This document shows positions 51,721 through 63,300 of a DNA stretch of 64,000 nt, one piece after another (the first letter of the stretch is position 1; each line of letters starts with the position of its first letter). The notes under the pieces were generated by a model. It was given only the letters and a program-made list of their open reading frames with translations. It had not been told where the DNA came from and ran no database searches. The translations under genes were made by a program, and so were the position numbers. Origin of the DNA: Pecten maximus (taxonomy: Eukaryota); contig NC_047018.1 in NCBI RefSeq assembly GCF_902652985.1, positions 50,654,001 through 50,718,000 on the forward strand, written 5' to 3'.

Positions 51721-53771
51721 CCGTTATGATAACTGTCTGTCATTTGTGATGCGCGGTAAACTACAGTATATATTAAGTCTAGTTGAAAACGTCACTTTTG
51801 TCCACGTAGGACCCTAAGGGGTGGGGACTTTACATTTCCAATAAAAATGGCTGGTCTCTAGTCATGAAAAGTTACTCAAAATTTCAGTGGGAAATCGTTT
51901 CATTGTTTCTTAGAGAAGTTGAAGAGGTAACCTGTTTACGAACTGACGATGCACGACACATGACGACGGACAAAATGCTATTAGAATTAGTCACTTGAGA
52001 CTTCTTTAATGAAAAATTACAATATTCTTATAACCCAGTTAGCTGTTTAAGGCGAATATTCAGTGCAATTTCCTGTTAGCCTTTATGTAGAATATTAATT
52101 GATCATACGCTTGTCAGTTATCGTGTAAGCATCAGTTCAATTTCAACAATCTTGTATTGCTTTTCAATAAATCAAATGGTTGACTACAGACAAAGCCTAT
52201 GTAAATCCTTCCAAATTATTACAACAAAATTAGCATTGACATGTATGCAGTGGTATCCAGTATTACAAGTAAGAGGGGATACTCCAATTTATTAAAAAAT
52301 GTAAAAGAAATTTATTACATCATTGATGTTCATACCATTGATGCAGATTTTCTGGTGAGTTGCTACGCAAATTCCGAGGGCTACAGTTCTTGTTTGTAAA
52401 CATGTCGACCATTTATCCAATGGAAAGTCAAGACAATTCGTCTTAAAATCTGCAAATCATGTATAAATTGGAAGATACCCCGGACAGAACCTTGTTGGTC
52501 TACTGCGTTTACTTCCGATGAAAAAAAAAGTCAGTTGATACTCGTTATTTTTATTCACAAAGATAATCTTTCAATCTTTGTAAATCTTTCCCTTTATTCC
52601 CTAGCATCGAGTTATAACCTAACTTTGAAAAATAAACATGATAATAGAAAATGGAAAAAAAATATTTGAATGTTGAACACACCGTTATAACAATTATAAG
52701 TAATTGATGTTTTTTTTTTTTTAATATGACAACATGTAATCACGGATTTTTTTCCTTGGTCTAACATTGATGTGAATTAACAAATACATTCCTATAACAC
52801 TGTTTTGACGTATACGAATAGTTGGAAATAAAAGGTAAAGAAAATTTAAAAATCAAATATGACATTCAGCAATTTACAATAAGTAAAATTGATGTATATA
52901 CATTGTAAATCAATGTAACAAGTATAAGCAGGGTTATCAACATGGAAATATAACAGTATCGGAAAAACGTAGTTCTTACTCCAGTGAGAGTAGTGATATA
53001 AAAGTATATTTAGCGCAAGTAGAACATGATTATTGGTAGTGATTTACCTTATAAAGACGGTCATCGTTTATATTTGTATAATAAGATATGAGGCAATGTT
53101 ACTTGGCTTAAAACCTGTAATGCAGCATCGCTCAGGATAAACTTGATGAAAAGCCGGTCAGCACATTTCGTTTAATTCTGATAAAAAATTACAAGTTAAA
53201 TAAAATGAATGTGAATAAGATTAAATATCTATTAAGATATATTGATAGAAACGTTCATCTGAGAGCAACAAATTACAAACACTGACAAAAAGTGATAGGT
53301 CAAACATCAGTTGTGTTAATAATTCTATAAAAATGTAATTGGCTTATGGTTTTATGAGCAACATTTTGTCATCTGATTGAATACATGACTTAGTTAAATG
53401 TTCCTCTGTATAACTAACAACACAATTACTTCCTAACGATAGGAGCGAGATGCATGATAATTAATGGATAAAACAATCAGGTTATGTATATGTGAACAGA
53501 TTGGTTGTCGTCGCGTCCTTGACAAAACAAATGTTAACCTATAGGATTCAGATATTTACAAGATAAAATGTTACAATCACCACAGCAAGCTAAAGTATAT
53601 AAATAGTTTCCTTGGATGATTCAGCATTTTCACTTCATTGTTAAAACTTAATACAGCTGTAACATATCGCTGTTTACTACGGAAACAATTCTAGAGTATG
53701 ATTCTTCGGTAAACTATTAAAGCGAAAGCAGTACATTTAAAAACTTTCCTTATAGTCTGTTTAAAATACAT

Positions 53772-55076
53772 GTTTTCAAGTACACGGCGATGGTATCCAG
53801 GTACTCGTTGAGCAGTTGATGTACACGTCAGTGGTATCCAGGTAATGCTTAATCAGTTCATGCACACGCTAATGGTTTCCAGGTACTCATTAATCTGTAC
53901 AACTACATGTCAATGGTATCCAGGTACTCATTAATCAGTTAATGTACACGTCGGCGGTATTCAGGTACTCATTAATCAGTTCATGTACACGTCGGTGGTA
54001 TCCATGTACTCATTAATCAGTTCATGTTCACGTCGGTGGTATCCAGGTGTTCATTAATCAGTTCATGTACACGTCGGTGGTATCCATGTACGCATTAATC
54101 AGTTCATGTACACGTCGGTGGTATCCATGTACTCATTAATCAGTTCATGTACACGTCGGTGGTATCCAGGTACTCATTAATCAGTTCATGTACACGTCGG
54201 TGGTATCCAGGTACTCATTAATCAGTTCATGTACACGTCGGTGGTATCCAGGTACTTATAAATCAGTTCATGTACACGTCATTGGTATCCAGGTACTCGT
54301 TAATCAGTTGATGTACACGTCGGTGGTATCCAGGTACTCATAAATCAGTTCATGTACACGTCATTGGTATCCAGGTACTCGTTAATCAGTTCATGTATAC
54401 GTCGGCGATATCTAGGTACTCATTGATCAGTTCACGTACACGTTAGTGGTATACAGGTACTCATTAATCAGTTCATGTATACGTCGGTTGTATCAGGGTA
54501 CTCAATGATTAGTTCATCTACATGTCAGTGGTATCCAGGTATTCATTAATCAGTTCATGTATACGTCGGCGGTATTCATGTACTCATTAATCAGTTCATG
54601 TACACGTCGGTGGTATCCAGGTACTCATTAATCAGTTCATGTACACGTCGGTGGTATCCAGGTACTCATTAATCAGTTCATGTACACGTCGGTGGTATCC
54701 AGGTACTCATAAATCAATTCATGTACACGTCATTGGTATCCAGGTACTCGTTAATCAGTTCATGTATACGTCGGCGATATCTAGGTACTCATTGATCAGT
54801 TCACGTACACGTTAGTGGTATCCAGGTACTCATTGATCAGTTCATGTACACGTTAGCGGTATCCAGGTACTCATAAATCAGTTCATGTACACGTCAGTGG
54901 TATCCAGGTACTCATGAATCAGTTCATGTACACGTCAGTGGTATCCATGTTTTTATTAATCAGTTCATTTACATGTCGATGGTATCCAGGTACTCATTAA
55001 ACAGTTCATGTACACGTCGACGGTATCCAGGTACTCATTAATCAGTTCATGTACACGTCGGTGGTATCCAGGTAGT
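53772..55076 (-). repeat. 41-bp minisatellite (~31-32 units) derived from the terminal codons and stop of gene C
   Basis: Unit (minus strand) TTAATGAGTACCTGGATACCACCGACGTGTACATGAACTGA. Period 41, e.g. 54011 to 54052. Confidence 0.95.
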
Positions 55077-58000
55077 CTATGATGACGTTGTAGCAGTATT
55101 GGTACTGGTCCTGCATTTGAAATAATTTCATACTTATCGAAAATGCATAAGATACACACATTATGATCATTATAATTGCATAACAAATTAATGGGAAAGG
55201 GAAATTACTCTTCCATACCAGCTAAGCTAAGACTGGAAATTACAAAATAAGAAAAGATTCCGCGTCATCCAGTCAAGAACAAACGCGGATAATATGCCTC
55301 AATTGAGTAAACCACAAAGAAAGCAGAGGGCAAATGCAATAGAAACATTGATAAATGGAGAATGGAGTATCCCGGTAAGATAAGACTTTTATAATCAGTT
55401 TGATAGAAATATTAAACAGTAAGTCAATTCCCAATGCAATCAGGACCGCCATGAAAGTATCGATATTATCAACTGAAGTCAAAACAGTGTTCTTGGAGTA
55501 GTTGAAATGTCAATATACGTACAAAATTTATCACAAATGCTGGACGTCGCACAAGCAGCTGACGTGAAATCTGAAAGATATCTACTTCTTCGTCACTCTT
55601 CATTTGGTCTCGGGCATTACTGATACAACAGAACAGCCCGCTCTGGGAATAGCCATCACTGAAACATCAAAAGAGCATGAATGATATTATCATAATAAGC
55701 ACAGACTCAAAAGCTTAATGTCTTTCCTCCATATCCTCAACAACCGTCAATATCAAGAAGAATTTGATAACGTCTAACAAAAGTATATTATAGATAAATA
55801 TGAAGGTAAACTACATACCGACACATGACTATTGTTGTCTTGGTATCGTCCGATTTGCGTCTGCTGTCAATAAGTTCCAGTAGGTAAAGCAACATGGACG
55901 AATCCTTGGGGACTGATGATTCTCTACCCCATCCAGTCATATGGAACACTTTAATAGTGGTATTGAAGCTATTTTCCTGAAAGGAATCAATTCCATTTAG
56001 GAAAGACATATTATTTGCATGCAATGGGTAATGGCCATAACCAAAGATTGCAGACTGCGATTATAAGTATGATGGATAGGGATTTTCCACTTAAGGGGGG
56101 TGGGGGGCACAAAATGTTGTTAAAAAACGAAACTGTCTTTTCTGCAGGCTATGCCTTTTCAGACTCCTTCATATCAGAGAAATAAACATGTTCATTTATC
56201 AGTATTCAAGATAGCATATATTTAGCCAGAATTTTTGAAATCAGGATTCAACAAGACACATCAAAACTTAAGACACTACAAAACATCCATCTTACCGTGT
56301 TTTCTATTGCGATTTCTAGCAAAGCGACATTTGCTATTGTTGAAGACTTTCCTTTGTGTTCCAACGTAAAATTCCCGATGGATTTATCTTCACCTTCCCC
56401 TGGAAGCCAGTCCTACGATAGGTAGAATGCAATATCTTCTGATATGGTCATATACCAATATGTGTCAGGCAATACTAGACTTCTTGATAACTATTTTACA
56501 GAGTTCATTTCCTTAAACAGATGCCAGACAATATTTGCTTTTGTTTCATCACAACGAAAATGTTTTGGAGTATGACAGGCCCATCTCAAAAAACCATGTG
56601 TTGCTCCACTGTGACGTCACGAACAAATAATGTCACAGACTGTAACGTCAATGTAATCAAGAAAAGTCTTTCAAAAATAACATGTCGTAATGAAAGCTAA
56701 TTTTGATGGTATTCAATAATTTGTTATGTCTATGCATTCATGTGACAAGTTTACGTCAGTATAATGAATTAACCCCATATTAATTTGATGTTACATAGGT
56801 ACTTTGTAAGATTTTATACCTTTCCGGTTGTAATTTTGTAACGTTTTAAATGAAATGGTTGTTAAGTCAATTACGTAATGTTAATGAAAACCACTGTCAC
56901 CAACCTGCAGTTTGAAATGATTCTATGATACCAATATGAACAGATGAAATTACAGTTTTTTAAATAAAGTGCACCTCGAGCTTCTTCGTTGCGTTACAAT
57001 TGTATGGAAATACACTTACAATGTCGTCCGGATCGATGATGACAATTGTTTGACAGTTGTGCTCCATTATCATCGTCAAAAAATCCACCACGGTGTCCTC
57101 CAGAGGAGTCTGTGTGACGATGTACCCAGTTTTGGATGTATAGGACTAGGTCAAAGGAAAACGGAATAATTGCTTGCATGTGAATGAAAGGTTGATTACA
57201 TGTGGGAAGCAATGTAAGAGTGATCACTAGGTATGTGTACTGGTTTCATGTGGTAATACTGTCACAGACATTTAGTGAAGTAATCATAGAGGTAGACCCA
57301 ACATAAAATCCTTCAGGACTTCAGTATGAAAAATGTTAACGTTAAGATTGACTCTTTCACAACATCTCTAAATAATCTCATAGCACACTTTTTTTTATTC
57401 GTATCAGCATGGAGATATACCACTAGTTCCCTTATCGTTGCGTAATGCATATCCTCCGTTATATCATTGAATGGTGGGGAAAGGTGACCAAGTACAAGAT
57501 TTGATCTAAAATATCACCCGTAATCACTTTTTAACGAGCAAGTTCTTTGATTCTGATTAACTTACAGACATACATAACACACACATACTAATTAATCCAT
57601 TTCAACAAGGTGAAACAAATGCCACATAATACGCATATTACTTACTGGCACTGACACGGCATTTATGTAGTCCGTTCTACAGTCAGTATATGATCGAAGG
57701 TACGCCCTGAACTTGTCAACTGAACAGAACCAGAGGAAAACATCAATCACAATATTTCCTTTCCTTTAACAATTTCTGATAATTCATATGAAGTTAAGAA
57801 GTCGAATTTTAATCATACATGGTAGTCTATGACTGGTTGTGTAATGTAGAGGTTTTATGTTTTAAAAACATGCAATTCATCACTACAATTGTTTAATTAT
57901 TGTACATTTCCATTGCAATTATACTCTGTTTCACAAAACTCGTTTTAAATTTGCTTCAGATTTAGGGTAAAACACGAAAAAATTTAACTACCGTAAAATA

Positions 58001-58227
58001 CTTTAATTTCAATGGTGATTGTTCAAGGAAGACGTCATTTGACGAGAGAATTTTGTGAGTTTGAATACGTTTGCCAAACATTGCTTCATGTTAATAGAGT
58101 TTTGATTGGAAAGAGGTTATTTTTTACCTGCAACGACAGATAAGGTTCTGTTCTTCAACTTGTTTGATGGCAGTAAGGCGGCTCTGTAGTTTGTCTCATT
58201 GTAAGCTGGTTTCATAGTTTGTGTCAG
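55042..58227 (-). CDS. Gene C intact PTP D2 exons (58128-58227, 57646-57719, 57020-57145, 56296-56412, 55819-55976, 55523-55658, 55042-55110)
   Basis: All seven exons match gene B in length, have canonical splice sites and contain no stops. An ATG at 58215 would give 255 aa. Expression is unknown. Confidence 0.55.
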
Positions 58228-61160
58228 CTAAATGAAACGTTTGTTGCAAAATCATTGAGTGATATCTTTGTAGATATCTTTTTATGTAAACTGCAAGTAA
58301 AATACACGTATTGATATAGAGACCCTTTTCTTATGATGTAGAAAAATAACATAATTTTACGTTCTAGAAGTCTATATTTCAGCAACAGGTTTATTATCAG
58401 AATTCTATTACAGAAAATGCCAATTGTATTAATAGTAAATTTTCTCTTGCAATTGTATTGATATCAAACGGGAATACTCTATATAGAATTAGAGAGTACC
58501 TGGTATTCCTTTCTTAGCTTTGTTTGGTTCGTGGGGCCGCCATTTCAGAGAGCAGTAAGTGTCGCGTGGTACTTCATTCTTGGAATCAGGGTGTCTGGCA
58601 TATCGAAGGCTTCTATAAGGAGCTAGTGTACAGCTATGTATTGTTCCTATATAAATGAATGAATCAGTATTACTGGCATTTAAAGTTTCATAATTTCTAC
58701 ACGAACTTCAATGTTATAGGTTTCATCAAAAGATAATCATAGGGCCAGGTGTATCGTGTGTGTTGAAATTGCACAACATATTTCTTTATTATGTTATTTT
58801 TTATGATTCTATCTTTGTCACATGTACATGCAATGACAAATGTTTAAATAACTTATTTTCTTGCAATTTTTCGTAAGTATGCATTAGGTGTTCATCAGAA
58901 TCTATTATAAAATCTGCATGAATACTGGAGTGCATTTTCTACACCTGGGATGTAAAGATGAGAATAATAATTTCGTTTAGTAACATCGTTGTTTTTTTTT
59001 ATTATACGACATTTCAACAGATGTAAGATCTTACCAGAAAAGGCATCAAAGACATTATTTATATATATGTTGACGATCTTTTAATCGAAAAACAGGTGGG
59101 TTGATCATGTCGATTCATATGTTACCAAAATACACGAGTTTAAAGTTTTTCAACTCTTCAAAAACAACCAATTACCTCGATCTTTAATTAAAGCAATGCC
59201 AACCGGGACTATTGAAAAAATAAGCTATATGAATTTTTAATATCTAGCAAGTAACATTCTTGCACTCGTTCTGGTGTAGCTATTTGTTATCAATGGTCTA
59301 GTTGTCATTATCACGATTTTCGTGAACAATGTCGAGTACTGACGGAACAAAATACACAAGGTTCGAGAGACATAATCTCATGATATACAAATGTAGTCAA
59401 CATACTTATTTCTATTGAAGATTATTTTATATCCAGTTGATACCTCCTGAGCAAATAGATGAACTCTACATAGATATACGAATGGCTAGAAATATAAAAG
59501 AAAATATTTTGAAATGAGACATTTGCTTAAAGTATTCAAAATATTATCAAATTTTATTTAAACAATATAGAGTTCATCACTGTGAAACTTACAACAGTTT
59601 GAACCATATTGATCCTATCCTTTCGCATGGTTTTTATGTACTGCATTACGTCAATGTGTCCGGACTCCTTCCCATATTCCAGGAGAGCGTCTAGGGCAAT
59701 ACATGTTCCTGTTATCGCATGCCAGCACTGCCAAAGGGTTCAGGCATTAATTAATGAATTGAACAACGTCAGAACTAACATAAAACAGATGATGCGATAT
59801 CGTCAAAACTCAATAACATAATAACAATACAATAGCAAAGCGAATGAATAAATAAAAAAAAATAGGAAAACGTCGCAAGCCCCTTTAAAACGACGAGCAT
59901 GAAGATATACTGAATCCTGGAAGAGTTCATTTGGGTCTGGAGTCCCGTGGTCGGGCCATGTGGTATAGTGGAACTGATGTATCTGACGTACTGACTTCGT
60001 CTGAATGAGTAAATTTGATATTCAGAATTATTGATATCATTTATAGTCATACATATATGAACACATTTAGTTTGGCTTTTCTAACTATTGCTATTCCTGT
60101 TTTATTTATACCTTCTTTTCTGTAACTGTAAGGTCCCGGATGATGTAGAAGGCATACGACCTTTCCCTGTCCATACCTGTGGTCAGTACCGGGATAAAGA
60201 GTTTGGACACCTTAACTACACGGCCACCGCGGCCGGTCTGACATGGAAGGGCCAAAATTTTAAAACACACCAAATCATAACGTCGTCGGTTTTAAAAATA
60301 CCTAATATTCCGGTCGCTTCATTTTTTGGCTTGGTAATTGGGCAATTATATGTAAATTGGATTTATTTCCGTGACCACAACAGATAATGTTTATCGTCCT
60401 GTTTGCATAAAATGTGTCGTTTTATCACTCTTCAGTAAAGGTATGGTTCCTAAAATTCGTGTTGGTAAAGTTCGTACAAGTAAAATTTCGTTTGAAATGT
60501 AACCTCTATACATTAATAAGATAGTAATCCATTTCGAGTCAAAATGGCAGTGTATTGTTTAGGTATTTTCAATGATATCAGACGGTTTTCCTCCCCCCCC
60601 CCCTCTCAAATGTCAATTGTGAAAATATAATTTTTCCTAGTGATAACAATTATTTATATTTCCTTATTCAGTTACCTTTATAGAATAAAGTATTGTTTAA
60701 AATAATTAGCTCCTTAACTTCAATAATGCCGCTGTTCTAATCGAGATAACTTAATTCCATGATCGAAATATGTCTGATTGAGACATTTCACTCACTTCTG
60801 TAGTATATTTTGATCTCACTAATGGCCATCAGCTCTCCCAGATCAACACGCCACCAGACCGTTGTTTTACCAGGCGCCGTATGTGTACAACAACCTCTAT
60901 TCAAGATTGTATCTATCAGTTATCCACAACTTTTCTTGCTACATAATTATCTCCCCCAAACTCACTACTTTGTTCTGTTTGTTTATTCACGGCGACGTTA
61001 CCTGCAATAAATGAAGAATAAGTTGATACCTGATAAATTAACGATGGTTCTGACATAACTGGTCACATTATCTTTCCTTACATTAAGATATGATAAATAA
61101 TTTTACCTTAACCGCTATTGCAATATTATATTTTTTTATTACGCCAATCTATATGCCACA

Positions 61161-61182
61161 CCCCCCCCCCCCCCCCCCCCCC
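61161..61182 (+). repeat. Poly-C tract (22 nt)
   Basis: Read directly from the sequence. Confidence 0.95.
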
Positions 61183-62874
61183 GCCGACTGTATTTGTAAC
61201 TCAGTGCACATATGATTGAACTTTGCTCATCAGCGAGTTCAATTTGTCATATTCTATGCATAGACAGAGCGTTTAACTATTTATAACAACATAAATATAA
61301 TCTAATAGATAAAAAAAACTAATATCATGAAATAAATTGATACCAACATGTATGTATAACCATGTAACTTCTTACTTAGATCCAAAGTACAAGGACAAAA
61401 ATGCAATCAATATCAACAATTGGTTAAAGATATCTTTGTTTTTGTACGTTTCTAATTGGAATGTAATTAATGATCATTTCATAGATGGCAATAAACTTTT
61501 TTCTTCAAATAAGTATTATATACATTTATAGAAGTATATGCCTGCGGTATTTCACAACAATATTAGTGGTTGTATGACTGAGATTTAATATTATAATGAA
61601 CCTGAAAATAGTCCCAAGAAATTATTCATGCAATGTTAATCTCCCTTCTGTAGGAGCTCAAAAGTAGTAGCAAAAAAGATATTGTTAGTTTTTGAAATAA
61701 TTACACGATGAAAGAGCCGACTATCCTGAAAGTGATTACTGTTGGCTATTACGAAACAAAACATCAACGTATTGAAACACTCATTACTGACCTCTCCAAT
61801 CAGGAAGTAATATAACCTACCACGTATTTAGTAGTATTATCTACATACATGTACATCATTGTGTATGTACTAGTTTCATTTCAGATATGACAGTATTAAA
61901 TATGTAGAAAAAGATCAGGATCAAACATCTTTCTACAATACTCTTTCTCGTCGCCATTCTCAGTTTAATGACGACTCCACATCAACAAGGAAGTTAAATG
62001 TATGTTATTTAATGATCCTGTGTTCGATTTTCAATAGAAGTTGGCACAAGGTGTATTTTTCCAAACAAAATTACATACTGGTTCCGGGACACTGCCTTCA
62101 ACTCAACAGCTATGTTAACCTTATACTACGCTGTTTTGTGTGCACCTTTCTGTTAAATATCCAATGCGTATGTACTAGGTTTAAATGCCTTCAATACGTC
62201 GATCCACAGGTACACATATGTAATTAGTATTCTAACGAAGTGCTGGCAGTATTAGGAGTGCATAAATTTAACGCTATTCAACATTTACAGTATCATATCA
62301 AGTTTTACTGAAAAGCAATGTCACGAACAGTCAGGGTCAATTTGAGTAGAGGTCTCTTTGTGCTAACTGGTGACTTCCTGACAGAACAACATCCGGGAGG
62401 CCCGTCGCGTGCCATCAAGAGCAATTAGGGTAATGTGTCTTGCCAAAGGCGATTGGACTCACATATGCATACTTGTTGTCATTTTAGCGACTGGCTCGGT
62501 TATGTTTTTTTCTTCATGTCCTGCATTCAGTATGTGACACAGGCACCCACCGTTCGCTATTTACCTTCTGAATAGCTTGTACAATACATTGCAGCCAGTT
62601 ATTCGACACACTGCAACATTATACCTACACACAAGGTGATGGAGTTCTTTCCGTATAGAGTTTACCTCTGAACGCAAACATTTTCAATTTCTCTGCAGGC
62701 AAGATGGGTAAATTAACACATTAAAGATATTGTATTTCTATCTTTGAACATACAAAAAACCTGAGCACAAGTTATCCAACATATGATAAGATAATTCCAT
62801 AGAAAATAACATAACAACATACATTTTGCAAGATGGCATATTTACATAATTTTAGAGAGAAAGAGAGACAATGA

Positions 62875-63300
62875 TTTTGTGTCTTCTATTAATGACCATG
62901 TCTTTATGACGTCTTTGTCTTCCTGTCTATGATCATGTCTTTGTGTCGACCATGTCGTTATGTCGTCTATTCATGACCATGTCTTTGTGTCGTCTATTTA
63001 AGACCATGTCATTGTGACGTCTTTTTATGGCCATGTCTTTATGTCTTCTATTTATATTAATGTCGTCATATCGTCTATTTATGACCATGTCTTTGTGTGG
63101 TATGTTTATGACAATGTCTTTGTGTCGTCTTTTAATTAACATGTCATCGTGACGTCTATTTATGACCATGTCTTCATGACATATATGTATGACCATGTCT
63201 GTTTGTGTCTTTATTGATGAACATGTATGTGGCGTCTATATATGATCATGTCGTTCATTTCTGATACTATATGTCGTCTATTGATGACCATGTCCCTATG
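62875..63300. repeat. 27-bp minisatellite
   Basis: Units like atgaccatgtctttgtgtcgtctattt. Produces a 9-aa periodic ORF on the minus strand. Confidence 0.85.

Larger units (their letters stand above)
55042..61957 (-). pseudogene. Gene C: internally deleted, disabled lectin-RPTP paralog
   Basis: Exon 1 (61879-61957) has lost its donor. The lectin exon 60796-61001 has a 1-nt deletion. The lectin C-half, EGF, TM and early D1 exons are absent. D1 exons are truncated (60112-60175, ~59923-60000). The P-loop exon 59593-59727 is frameshifted. The linker exon 58500-58646 has TAG and TGA. Confidence 0.88.

Noticed and set aside
53772-55076. CRISPR-like regular array
   Set aside because: Units are contiguous with no unique spacers, no cas genes are present, the context is eukaryotic and spliced, and the unit derives from the gene's own terminal codons.
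55042-61957. Gene C as a functional full-length receptor
   Set aside because: No TM or EGF exons, catalytic Cys segment missing, frameshifts and premature stops.
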